The position numbers and the translations under genes are program-made. Below are positions 12,867 through 23,942 of a stretch of DNA of 64,000 bases, piece after piece (the stretch's first letter is position 1; the number at the start of each line of letters is the position of its first letter). The notes below the pieces were generated by a model. It ran no database searches, was not told the origin of the DNA, and was given only the letters and a program-made list of their open reading frames with translations. Source of the DNA: Lophium mytilinum (lineage: Eukaryota); NCBI GenBank assembly GCA_010093605.1, contig MU004192.1:690882-754881 (forward strand). Direction: 5' to 3'.

Positions 12867-15737
12867 ATGGCTATGACCACACCGATGCCTTCAGCAGAGC
12901 TGAGGCTCGCCACAAAGCTCAAGATTGATGAGTTCGAGCGTCTTCGCGAGGATGCTCGCACACGCCATGTGGATATCTTGATTGCTGTCGATGGAGAAGG
13001 GGGCGACAAGCGCGAACGTGTCGCGTCCCTTCTTGCGAAGATCAAGAAGCTCGATCCGAAATACGAAGAAGACTACGAACTAGGAAACATGGAGCAGTAT
13101 CTTAAGCAGGCAGAATATGACACTTCCATCTCTAGCACCAAACTCGAAAAGTTCGAGACTACCTTGGTCGACAAATTCCGGCACCATAAACGAAGGATGG
13201 AGCTTGGTAGCTTGTACGCCAAGCTGTTGACCGAATACATCGAAAAATCTGACCCTAAGGAATCGGTCGCGGCCAAGATTGACCGTATGTGTATGGAAGA
13301 TGAGTTCGAGTTAGTTGAGGAGGGTGAAATTGAACAGCTCCGAGAGAACTTCGATTCTATTACCTTCGCACCTCTCGAAACGGACGAGGAAGAGATCCAC
13401 AGATATCTTTCCAAGTTCTTCGTCGGAAGCACAGGGACTCAGGATCTGGATGACTTGCGTCGGAATGTCAAGAACTTTGGAGAAGATATGCTTGAGGAGA
13501 AGAGAAGGTTTACCGAAGACAATGTCACCTGGACAATCAATGACCTCCTAAGGAAACCTCTCGTCAGGGCCGAGACGAAGCAGACACTAAACTCCTATCT
13601 TCAGTCGCCTGCTGTACTCAAAGAGCTTATCAGCACCCTCAACCTACGATTCTCCAACGTAGCAAATTGGAAATGGCGCGATGCAGAGAAGGGTCTCCGC
13701 GTCGAGGCTCGTCAAAACCTCGATAAGGAATATTGTATGACAGCGGAAGAAGATCTCCTAGATCTCATCTTCTTGAATGTGGTGGCGACTGAATGGTCGG
13801 CGTCCATAAAAGAGGGCTACAGAGACATTGTCAGCAGTTTCCCCTTGGGCGTTACTACCTGGAAACGGGCTGAGAATCCGACATCTGAAGAGCTGGACAA
13901 GCGCGATTATTACCTCTCAGCCCCTAGAAGGAGACCCCATGTCAGATCGAACATCTGTGATATCTGTCACGGTCCCCCACCTCCTATGCCTCGTGGACCT
14001 CCTCCACCCCCAGCTTTCAGAGGCCCTCCACCGCCTCCTCCTCCGCCAGGATGGGCCCCCCCTCCGCCAATGCCACGTGCCATGCCGCCTCCACCCCCTC
14101 CGATGCCCAGGAATAACGACATTGTCATAATTAGAACTCAGAGGCTGGAAGAGGAGCGACATTACGAGTACATGCGTGACCTTTTCCTGTCTCAGCTGCC
14201 TGGCCGGTACCGAAGTCGATACGGCGTTCGTCGTTACAACGACAAATCCCTTCCGGAGGTTGTCTATCGTAGCCAAACCCAGGAGACTGTCATGAAAAAG
14301 CTGGCCACGGAGATGCTCCTCCGTGAAGCACTGGATGGCGAAGTTGGGGTCATCCAGCACGACTTCAAATCCTTTGCTTCCGGGCTTTCACACAGCACCA
14401 TCCTCGCCGTCCTCAAGTTCATTGGAGTCAGCGAGACGTGGCTGACCTTCTTCCAACGCTTCCTAGAGGCTCCTTTGAACATGGGCCCCATTATCAGAGG
14501 TACCGCGGATCAGGTCCGAACTCGCAAGCGAGGTGTTCCAGTCGGCCATGCCTTCGAGAGGTTCTTCGGCGAAGCTGTCCTATTTTTCTTGGACCTGGCC
14601 ATCAACCAAGTTGTTGGCATCCAGCATTTCCGCATACGCGATGAAGGCTGGATGTGTGGCACCCATGAAAAGTGCTACACTGCTGAGAAGACCGTTAGGG
14701 AGTTCTCGGAGGTCATGGGCCTCAACTTGCAGTCCAGCTCTTACTTCTCCAGCTTCGGCTTCCCCAACCCCGGCAAGATATCCGTAGGCCACCTTACCCT
14801 GTCCCATGACGGCAAATGGGAAATCGACGAAGTTCAGCTCGATGCCTACATCCGCCACGTCCGCTCCGACCTCGCGGCTTGCACCAGCATACTCTCCTGG
14901 ATTGACACCTACAACCGGCTCGTCTCATACTACATCGACTCCCTCTTCGGCCCGCCCGCACACTGCTTCGGTAAAGAACACCGCGACAGCCTCTTAAGCG
15001 CTATTCAGAAGATCAACGCCGCACTCTTCACCGGCAAAGACGGCACCGCTAGCAACCCAGCCGACCACGTCAAGCAGATGCTCGCCAAGATCCCAGACTG
15101 CCCCGAGATCACCGACGCGTTCATCTACCTCCCGCAGAGCTTCGGCGGCCTCGATCTGCAAAACCCGTACACCATCCTTTCCCTCGCGTCTGAGGTCAAG
15201 AAAGATCCCGCCGAGGTAATGCAAGAGTACCTCAAGGACGACCGCAAGGCATACGAGAAGGCGAAGCAGCGATTCGAAGCGCTCAACGAAGTGGCGCGCA
15301 AGAACAGGGCCGACGGCATCTGGCACGACAAGGAGAAGTTCGCAGCCGCGTTCCCCGATGGCGATACCACGAGCTTCATGTCCTACGAGGTGTGGACGAA
15401 GTACCGTGAGACCGCGCCGATGCCGAGCCCCTGTGGGAACCTGTTCGAGGCGTACTCGGAGTTGCAGCGTGTGCCGGAGGCTGACATCGAGGCTACGAGC
15501 CAGGTCAGCGAGGAGGTGCGGCGCCTGAAGCGGGCCCAGGGGACTAGCGGGAGCTTCTGGGACTTGGATGCTGGGGAGAAGTGGGCTGTTCAGCTTTATG
15601 CGGATGAGTGCTTTGAGCGCTATGGGGGGTTGTGTCTTGTGGAGAAGGATTGGCTGCCGTTGCAGGCGCTGAGGATGATGCGGGGGAATGATGATGACGA
15701 TGATACGAATTCGGTTGTCTCGTCGCTACTCGATTGA
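12867..15737 (+). CDS. rvt: rvt-type (cellular, non-mobile) reverse transcriptase-related protein with divergent active site
   Basis: Colinear rvt hallmarks: helical N-terminus (EQYLKQAEYDTSIS, DEFELV), EEDLLDLIFL, DLFLSQLP, QHDFKSFASGLSHSTILAVLKFIGVSETWLTFFQRFLEAPL, RKRGVPVGHAFERFFGEAVLFFLDLAINQ, DAFIYLPQSFGGLDLQNP, RYGGLCLVEKDWLPL. No gag, endonuclease, integrase, LTR or poly-A seen. Confidence 0.88.
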   Translation: MAMTTPMPSAELRLATKLKIDEFERLREDARTRHVDILIAVDGEGGDKRERVASLLAKIKKLDPKYEEDYELGNMEQYLKQAEYDTSISSTKLEKFETTLVDKFRHHKRRMELGSLYAKLLTEYIEKSDPKESVAAKIDRMCMEDEFELVEEGEIEQLRENFDSITFAPLETDEEEIHRYLSKFFVGSTGTQDLDDLRRNVKNFGEDMLEEKRRFTEDNVTWTINDLLRKPLVRAETKQTLNSYLQSPAVLKELISTLNLRFSNVANWKWRDAEKGLRVEARQNLDKEYCMTAEEDLLDLIFLNVVATEWSASIKEGYRDIVSSFPLGVTTWKRAENPTSEELDKRDYYLSAPRRRPHVRSNICDICHGPPPPMPRGPPPPPAFRGPPPPPPPPGWAPPPPMPRAMPPPPPPMPRNNDIVIIRTQRLEEERHYEYMRDLFLSQLPGRYRSRYGVRRYNDKSLPEVVYRSQTQETVMKKLATEMLLREALDGEVGVIQHDFKSFASGLSHSTILAVLKFIGVSETWLTFFQRFLEAPLNMGPIIRGTADQVRTRKRGVPVGHAFERFFGEAVLFFLDLAINQVVGIQHFRIRDEGWMCGTHEKCYTAEKTVREFSEVMGLNLQSSSYFSSFGFPNPGKISVGHLTLSHDGKWEIDEVQLDAYIRHVRSDLAACTSILSWIDTYNRLVSYYIDSLFGPPAHCFGKEHRDSLLSAIQKINAALFTGKDGTASNPADHVKQMLAKIPDCPEITDAFIYLPQSFGGLDLQNPYTILSLASEVKKDPAEVMQEYLKDDRKAYEKAKQRFEALNEVARKNRADGIWHDKEKFAAAFPDGDTTSFMSYEVWTKYRETAPMPSPCGNLFEAYSELQRVPEADIEATSQVSEEVRRLKRAQGTSGSFWDLDAGEKWAVQLYADECFERYGGLCLVEKDWLPLQALRMMRGNDDDDDTNSVVSSLLD

Positions 15738-16530
15738 TTGGAGTATGAGGGTAGTTTGGTCGGGAATGGGCTTGAAGCTTATGATTTCGACGCTTTTACG
15801 ATTTCGACTAGGTTCTTAGGTAGGTATACGTTGAGTTCAGGATTGTTTTCTTTATTATACGTTATGGACAGAACACAGTAGCAGGTTGAAACCGGTTTAT
15901 TTATATCAACGGCAACATTTTGGAGGAAACCGCGCATATAATGCATGAGTCTTGAAAGCACGTGCAGTGGATGTTTTAAGCAGTGACACGCTACAAGTCT
16001 GTGCACCTTCGTTTGGCACTGTTTGGGGTGCCCCCATGAGCTTCGGAAGTTTAAGCGCAATGTCGAGTTTCGAGCACTGTGAATCAGACTGCTCCTTGAA
16101 GTATTAGCTACTAACTAGCTGGACTACCCCTCTCAGTGGTATTTAGTGAGCAAGATTGGAGTCGAGCAGTGATGATATTCGTGTGCCCAGGCGCCACAGG
16201 ACTGCCGATAGGCCTAAGCTTCCACAACGTGAGGGATGGGGGGATCGGCCTTATGTTCATATCGATGGTCTAGACACACATGTGTGATTGAATCGAGACA
16301 GGAGTTCAATATTTTCATGATGGAGGTTGTGGAAAGGAGAGGCGACGAAAGTGGTAAGAATTCTGGCTAGACCGCATTTAGATAGCCAGAAATATCTCCG
16401 CATCTAAAAGCCGAGGATGACGGCCACCATCATGAACAATCCCATCACTGACGAGTCAATCATCAAGCCAGACTTATTCGACGTGCTGCATTGTTTACGT
16501 AATGCCCTTCAGACTGAGCGCAAGGTCACC

Positions 16531-18264
16531 ATGATATCCAGAATCTCTCTTCGTCCTTTCTTTCGTCGATTTTCTTCATTTCCAGTTCATCAAAATGGCC
16601 CCTCAACACTTCGCACGCGTCCTAGATTCTTTTCTGTCTCTTCGCGTCTTCGTCTTATGGAAACATCTGGGTTTTCTGAAGATCAGTTGATGGTTCGGGA
16701 AGCGATTGAGAAAATCTGTGCAAACTTTCCTGATGTGTGTTTCAGGCAATTAAACAATCAAGTCAGGCCAATGATTGACCAGAACAGGAGTATTGGGCGG
16801 AACATGACGAGTCCGGCGAATATCCCCATGAGCTACATGCTGCTCTGTCCAAGGATCGCTGGATCGGAATTGCCTTGCCAGAAGAGCTCGGAGGTGCCGG
16901 TCTAGGAATCTCAGAGGCAACAATGATGCTGCACACCATTTCCGAGTAAGCCAAGGAGATCGAGCGTCGTTAAACTCGCATATTTACGTGTCCTAGAAGC
17001 GGTGCCGGGATAGCGGGTGCGCAGTCTATTCATGCTAACGTGTATGCAACGCAAGTGGGTATTCGTCCACCTGCTGTCCCTGTTCTAAGGCTCTCTAACC
17101 TCTTAAGCCTGTCGCCAAATTTGCAACTCCGGAGCAAAGGCAAAAGATGCTGCCAAAGCTAATTGGAGGAGAGTGGAGGGCTTGCTTTGGAGTGTATGCA
17201 GTCTCTGACCTGGGCAGTTGGCTGAAGTCTGACATAGTACAGCACCGAACCCAATACGGGCTTGGAGACTCTCAAGCTTCGCACCTTAGCTACTAAAGAC
17301 GGAGATCATTACAACATAAGTGGCCAGAAGATGTCGGTAACATTCTTCCTATGAGCCTTTCCATGCTAATATTGTCAGCTGGATATCTTCAGCGCAGGTC
17401 GCCTCGAAAATGGTTCTCTTGGCCCGAACTACCCCTCTCGAAGATGTGAAGAAGCCATCAGAAGGTCTATCACTTTTCTTCATTGATTTCGATAAGAGCG
17501 CGCCTGGGCTGGAACTCAAGAAGATCAAAAAGATGGGCGGACGAGCTATCGATGCTAATGAGGTATTCTTCGATAACTACCGCGTTCCCGCAGATACTTT
17601 GATTGGGCAAGAAGGGCAAGGTTTTAAGATCGTGAGTGCTCCATCAGAGACTGTCTTACGCATCAAGACTTATATCGAAGCAGGTCCTGCACGGAATGAA
17701 CGCGGAACGATGTCTCCTAGCAGGAGAAGCTCTGGGCCTTGGTTACGCTGCTCTCAAGAAGGCATCAGACTATGCGAGAGATCGAGTGGTGTTTGGAAGG
17801 CCTATTGGCCAGAATCAAGGTATTCAACATCCACTCGCTGCGGCTTTCATGAACCTCGAGGCAGCAAAATTGGCCACATACCACGCTGCACGACTTTACG
17901 ATGCTAGTGGAAAAGATTTTTCTATCACGCCGCATGCTGTCGGGGTGGCTTGCAACTCAGCCAAATATCTAGCTGCTGAAGCGGCATTTACAGCGTGCGA
18001 ACGGGCCGTAAGCCTAATATCAAGACTCAAATATCCTAAGCAGCTGCTAACCTATGACAGGTATTGACACTGGGAGGCATGGGTTATGCCCAAGAGTACC
18101 ATGTCGAACGCTATTTACGTGAATGCTTCGTGCCACGTATAGCACCAGTGAGCAGAGTAAGTCTTCCAAAAACCACAGCCGGTGAATTCAACACTCACGT
18201 GATCTAGGAAATGATAATGAACTACGTTGGCGAAAAGGTTCTGAGACTACCCCGTAGCTATTGA
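16531..18264 (+). CDS. Acyl-CoA dehydrogenase (probably mitochondrial)
   Basis: Arg/Ser-rich presequence, WIGIALPEELGGAGLG, CFGVTEPNTG, GQKIWIS, EVFFDNYRVP..LIGQEGQGF, FGRPIGQNQGIQHPLA and LGGMGYAQEYHVERYLRE. Many introns. Confidence 0.93.
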
Positions 18265-18726
18265 AATAGGAAGATAAAGTCGGTTGAATACTGAGGTGTT
18301 AGCCACAGGTTGAGTCAGTCCTGGTCATAGCACAGCGCACTCAGTCAGACGCTCGGATCTACCAGTGTATAAATGTCGAAAGTCCGATGAATCAGTGCTA
18401 TCTTCACTTCCATCATATTGCAACAACCCCGCTGAATGATACGCCTATAGAAGCAAAGGGATTAGTTTGAAACCCTTCACTATCTGGCCAGCAGGCCATC
18501 TGCGTGGCTGCCTTCGGTCACCAGCCGTCTGTGATCGCGACCTCTTTGATCATATAAGCTTCAATCTCTATCTTTCATTCCCTTTATTCCCTTTTCCCAG
18601 TCCCAGATCACTACTCCCTAGGTCCTGATCTCTCACCACTTCCATACTTCCAGAACTAGGCTATCACAGTCCAAAGGCAACACCCTTCAACGCAACCACA
18701 CGGGTTTCCTTTGCCAGTAGTCCAAA

Positions 18727-19866
18727 ATGTGCAAAGAATACCGCGAACACTGCCGCTGCGGAAATTGGAAAACCGTCCACATCGAACTCTGCCCCAGAGG
18801 CCACGAGCTCCGGCGCCTGGGCCGACCCTTCTTCCACCATCTCCCCGAGATCATCCTCAATCCGACGATGCGGCGTTGCCCACAATGTCAAAATATCCCC
18901 ACGGGACCCGCTACCACGACGAGAGCGCAAGCCGGACCGCCACCGACTTCCCGCAGACTCTGGGACGGCCAGCCCAGCGCTCAGCCCTCTACGCAAGGGA
19001 ACCCGATAAGCGGCCAAAGGAACACGCCGCCTTCGCCTTTGCAAGCACCGAGGATTCTAGCGAATCCATATCGGTACTTTGAGGGTCTGGGCCCTGAGAA
19101 CGAGCGAGCGGCCTCGCCGGTTACGGCTCATAGGACTCCTATGTTTGATGGCCAGGATAGAGCGCAGTTCGCGAGATCGCTGGCGCAGCTTTCTTCTACG
19201 GTGAGTGTATTGTCCTGGATTGCGAAGTCGGTCCCTCAGGCTCAACTTAAGGCTCAACCCGAATCGCAGACTCACACTCAGGCTCAACCTCAACCGCAGC
19301 CGAAACCGCAACCGCAGATGCAGCTTCCGTCCGAGCTTTCCGCGTCCTCAATCGCAGACCTCCCGGCCGCCTTCGCGAAGCTCAAGGTTCGCGGATCGAC
19401 AGAATGGGCAGAGCATATGAACTCAACTCCTGCAGCAAGCACAATCCCGCCGCCAGAGCTTCATCCAGCAGTGCCAGCCCCCAAAGAACCATCACCAGCC
19501 GCCGCAACGCCGATTATCGAGACGGTGCCGCCGCAAGAGCCGCTGCTGGCAGCATTGAGCCCTCAGGAGCCATCGCCAGCGACTCCTGTGCCGATTATCG
19601 AGACGGTGGCGCACTTGGTACCTGAGGTGGCGATTGAGGATGTAGATGACGACGGAGAATATCTGACCGCGTCTTCGACTGCTGCGAGTGATTCGGGAGA
19701 GAGCTGTGAGAGCAGCTGTATTTTGGAGAAAGGGGTAGAGGGAAAGGAGGTTAATGAAGCGGAATGGGAGCTTGTGAGGTCTCAGGATATGCCACCAGCA
19801 GGGAAACTGAGTGGGGGAAGGAAGGGAGATGGGTTGAGGGATTGGGAGGTTATTCATGTGTTGTAG
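18727..19866 (+). CDS. Hypothetical protein: Cys/His-rich N-terminus, Pro/Gln-rich disordered body
   Basis: 379 aa ORF starting MCKEYREHCRCG..HIELCPRGH...CPQC, with a QPQP tract and an internal duplication. Confidence 0.6.
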   Translation: MCKEYREHCRCGNWKTVHIELCPRGHELRRLGRPFFHHLPEIILNPTMRRCPQCQNIPTGPATTTRAQAGPPPTSRRLWDGQPSAQPSTQGNPISGQRNTPPSPLQAPRILANPYRYFEGLGPENERAASPVTAHRTPMFDGQDRAQFARSLAQLSSTVSVLSWIAKSVPQAQLKAQPESQTHTQAQPQPQPKPQPQMQLPSELSASSIADLPAAFAKLKVRGSTEWAEHMNSTPAASTIPPPELHPAVPAPKEPSPAAATPIIETVPPQEPLLAALSPQEPSPATPVPIIETVAHLVPEVAIEDVDDDGEYLTASSTAASDSGESCESSCILEKGVEGKEVNEAEWELVRSQDMPPAGKLSGGRKGDGLRDWEVIHVL

Positions 19867-20108
19867 TATAGATGTGAGTAAAGTAGTTTGACTTGTGGGA
19901 GAAATTGGGCTATCTGGTAGGGTGTATATGGTTGTCCTTGCGTAGAGCAGATGCGGGAAATGGTGTGTACAGGGGGGCTTGTATTGGTCGAGAAGATCCT
20001 TGGAAATTTCCAGACCTTCTTTCTTGTAGATCGTGAGAAGTAGTCTAACCAACGACTTTCGTAAGAACCTTCACCTCGAGAATGCTCATAATGACGGACC
20101 CTTCTTTC

Positions 20109-21526
20109 TCAGGCAACGATTTCGTTCGCCGCCACCTCTCTCTTTTGCTCTTCCTTTTCTGTCTTGCTACTCGTGCTCGAATAGATCCCCTGTAACACCG
20201 CCTTGATCTCTAGCAAAAATCTATCCACCTCTTTCTCCGTACCAACCGTAATACGCAAGCACCCCAGGCACCCTACTTCTTTGCCCCTAAATCTCACCAC
20301 CACGCCTCTATCTTCTGCTAGACCTTCATACACGCGCAACGCTACCTCATTACTTGGCTTTCCGCCCTCCTCTTTCGGCCTATTGAGGATTTCCACAAGC
20401 AAGAAATTTGACTCCGCACCACCCAGAAACTTGCCGATCCCCGGCACGCGCGGTAGTTCTTCGAGCAGCCTATCCCTCTGCTTGATAATTAAACCCCGAT
20501 TCTCTCGCATAACAGCCAAATGCCTCCCGCCCAGCGCCGCCCGCGCAAGCTGCGATGTCGGATTCGAGATATTATACGGCGCCTTCAGCGAATTCAGCAG
20601 CCTTGCAATCTCAGGCGACGTAAAAGCCGCGCCAAGCCTAATACCCGCGAGCCCAAACGCCTTCGAGAGCGTCTGCATAACCACTAAATTCGGCCATTCT
20701 GTAACCCACTCCGCAAGACTAGACCCCTCGGGCGCAAAGTCAATATAGGCCTCATCGAGCACAACGACGCCGTTCCAAGTCTGGTGTTCTAGTATACTCT
20801 GGACGTCTGCTTTGGAGAGCAGCGAGCCGGTAGGGTTGCCCGGGGAGCATAGGTATGCGAGTTTTATGGATGGGTCTGCGGAGAGCGCGGCCGTGATGGC
20901 GGGGACGTCGAGGGCGAAGCCGGGGGTTTGGAGGGGCACTTTAACGAGCGCGATGTCGTTGACTTGTGCGGAGACGCCGTACATGCCGTACGTTGGTGGG
21001 CAGGTGAGGATCTTGTCTTTGCTTGGGATGCAGAAGCAGCGGAGGAGGGCGTCGATGGCTTCGTCGGAGCCGACGCCGACGAAGAGGTGGTCTGGGGTGA
21101 CGGTTTTAGGCGTGTGGTTGTGGGTGTTTCGGAGGTTACATAGGAGCTGTTTTAGGTCGGCTTGGTGGCTTTGGATTCGTTAGTCTTGGTATAGAGAGTT
21201 GGGGGAGTGGATTACGGGTCTGGGTATCTGTTCAGTCCGAGCAGATCTACGTCCAATCCGCCGTTATCGCCATTTGTTGCGCTACCGGGGAGTTTCCCTT
21301 GCCCATCGAGCGCTAACCCGGGTCCGTATGCGTTCTCGTTGGCGTCGAGGAGGATGTTGGTGCCGTCGTCTTTGTAGTCACTGCCTCATCAGCTTGAAGT
21401 CAATTGGGAGCATTCCATGGCCAATTGAAGAAGTGCTCACTCTCGAGCACAGCGGTATGGCTCTAAAGCCAGTATATTCGGTCGCGCACACCGTGACAAG
21501 TCAAAGGCCGATTTTCTTTGAACCAT
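20109..21526 (-). CDS. HIS5: Histidinol-phosphate aminotransferase
   Basis: ARPNILALEPYRCAR, LLDANENAYGP, FVGVGSDEAID, CSPGNPTG, VVLDEAYIDF, PLP-lysine motif QTLSKAFGLAGIRLG, CLRITVGT. Confidence 0.95.
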
Positions 21527-21880
21527 GTTGAGTTTGTTGTTCTGAGTCAAGCTCTCCAGGAAATTTGGAGGGGCGAAATACTTCGCGAGATCCGATGACG
21601 GCGATGCTCGGTAGCCAATCAGAGTGCAGTAATTTTTGATTGGGTCGACCATTATATTATATCTCCTATAGATAAATAGATAAACCATCAAGAGAGTCCA
21701 AAATCTTTGAAACCACTGGTAAGGAGTTCTAACGGTACTCCGAGTATGCTCGTTCATAAATGACGAAGACTTGACAGGGTAACGCCAGCAGCATGACTCG
21801 TGTTAAGCTTCAACTACACCCCCTCTCACCCCTCTTCTATCACCACACATCTGGTCAAACCCAGCTAATCAACCACAAAA

Positions 21881-22675
21881 ATGGACCACACCACCCCCTT
21901 CAACCTCCTCTCCCTCCCCGCCGAGCTCCGCGAATCAATCTACCTCTTCTCCTTCTCCACCCGCCGTCCAGACGCCGTCCACCCCCCCGCCATCACCCTC
22001 ACAAACCACCTAATACGCTCCGAATCCCTCCCCCTCTTCTACAAAACCCAGCGCTTCGCCCTCAACCTCCTCACCGAGACCTCCATCTCCCGCATCACCT
22101 CCTGGCTGCACCGCCTCACCCCTTCCTCCCTGCTGCTGATTCGCCGCTGGACGTTCCTCGTAAACGTCGACTGCTACGCCTACCTCAACCCGGACGTCGA
22201 AGTCGCCCCGCTGCAAGCCCTCACCTACATCGGTGTGGCCATCGACCTTGACGCCTGCTACCCCCGCGGCCGCGTGCGCGAGATCCGCACCCCCGCGGTC
22301 TATGCGTGGCAGCACGCGACGTACAACGCGCACTACATGAACGCGCTCAAGACGCCGCTGTCGCGGGCGGAGATCGAGCGCTCCGATGCTGCGGCGCTGG
22401 GATTCGGGGGGTTTCTCACCGAGCTTGCGGGGCAGGTGGAGAGGTTGTGGGGGAAGCGGGCGGAGGGGGTGTTGGGGGTAGAGGATTATAAGGGGCTGTT
22501 TAGGTTTTTGCGCGCAAGGGAGGTAGAGGGGATAATGGGATTTATGCGGGCGAGGTTGGTGGTGCATCCGGGATTGAGTGGGGGGAGGGGGTTAGGGAGT
22601 CGGGAGGCGGGGAGGAGGTTGGCGGGGTTAGCGGAGGGGTTTATGGAGGCGGTTGAGGGGGAGATGGTAGAGTAG
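21881..22675 (+). CDS. Hypothetical protein with N-terminal F-box-like/2EXR-like motif
   Basis: FNLLSLPAELRESIYLFSF and PAITLTNHLIRSESLPLFYKTQRF. Confidence 0.65.
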   Translation: MDHTTPFNLLSLPAELRESIYLFSFSTRRPDAVHPPAITLTNHLIRSESLPLFYKTQRFALNLLTETSISRITSWLHRLTPSSLLLIRRWTFLVNVDCYAYLNPDVEVAPLQALTYIGVAIDLDACYPRGRVREIRTPAVYAWQHATYNAHYMNALKTPLSRAEIERSDAAALGFGGFLTELAGQVERLWGKRAEGVLGVEDYKGLFRFLRAREVEGIMGFMRARLVVHPGLSGGRGLGSREAGRRLAGLAEGFMEAVEGEMVE

Positions 22676-23942
22676 GTTTATTGGGGGTTTGGGGGTTTGG
22701 ATACTAGGTTACTGGTGCGAGTATAGCACTTGGACAAAGGTTTAGCCTCGTCGTCTTTTCATCTCCCACATCTGCCCGAATCCATGGGGGTGTGCTTGGA
22801 TCGCAAAAAGGGTGTGTTACGAGCTAAAAGGAGGTGTACTAGAACCCCTCCCCATTATGTATTGGGTGTAATGCCATCGATTTCTGGTTTTAATCTCGTT
22901 ATACTTGCAAGTGGATTGGAACGAGCCCTACCAACCGTTCACACCTCCTCCAGATGTACAACTCCAAGCTCTTGCGCCTAGTCTTTGAACCCGTCCAGTC
23001 TGTCCCCTCAGTTCTGGCATCCGTGTCCCTAATCCGCTATGTCCCCGGTGTACTCTCTGCCAAAGGGGCAAAACTTATGCCTCGCCCGGTCCAGTCGATT
23101 CCTGCTTGGATGTTTTGGTAGAGCTGGTCGGCGTGGATGAGGAATGTGAATGAAACTTAGCCCAAAACTCCTACGTCTTGGCCCTTTGAGCGGCCGCATG
23201 CTGGAGCTCCTGGGCAGAAGGTGCGTCGGCCTCGGCGGCGTTCGATAGAGTGGAGGAAGTAAGAGGCGGCATTTGACGACGGTGATGAACGATGGTTAGC
23301 TGGGGATGTCGACACTAAATTTGAAGCAAGAGAAGGAAAAGAGAATGTAAAATGCAAATATAATTAGCGAAAAGTGTTCCCATAGAACCCATACTTGTCA
23401 TCACACGAACCGAATCCCCGAATTACATTAAGACCAATCTCATTTTAGCAGCATCTATATTTGCGCCTATCAGACTCCAGCTCCGGCTTCTCATTTGCCC
23501 CGTCTCCAGAAAGTCTCGAAAAGCGCGCCAGGTCGAGTAGCGCCTCAGCTTATGCTACGCCAAAACCACAAATTACACATCATCGGGTGACTCTCATCTA
23601 ACAATTCGCCAGAAGTTTCGTGTCAGGTGTGTGCTGCACTTCTTTGAGACCAGACGCCCAAAACGCACTTTCGCATTTTCCTGCCGTCGAAACGCCATGC
23701 CAATGCCGAAATGATTATGCAGACCAAAGACACTGCTTCTTTTCGCCATACCCATGATCCGTCGTGATGTGTTCATGCAATGAGATTGAAAGAAAGACAA
23801 GGAAAAGCAGAGCTCTAAAAGCCGGGGTTCTTCCTCTTGGAGATAACAGGAGGGTGGCGGCCGGAGGGCATTTCATTGACAGAAGGCCTGAGAGGTAATT
23901 CCAATGTTAGCAGATTCTAAAAGTGCCTTTTGCACGTTCGCA

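Noticed and set aside
12867..15737. Retrotransposon, group II intron or telomerase interpretation of the RT ORF
   Set aside because: No gag, protease, RNase H, integrase, endonuclease, LTRs, poly-A tail or target-site duplication seen. The flanking motifs are those of rvt genes.
22930..23360. Coding-looking minus-strand stretch between the F-box-like gene and the PARP-E2 3' end
   Set aside because: Interrupted by stops and no family recognised.
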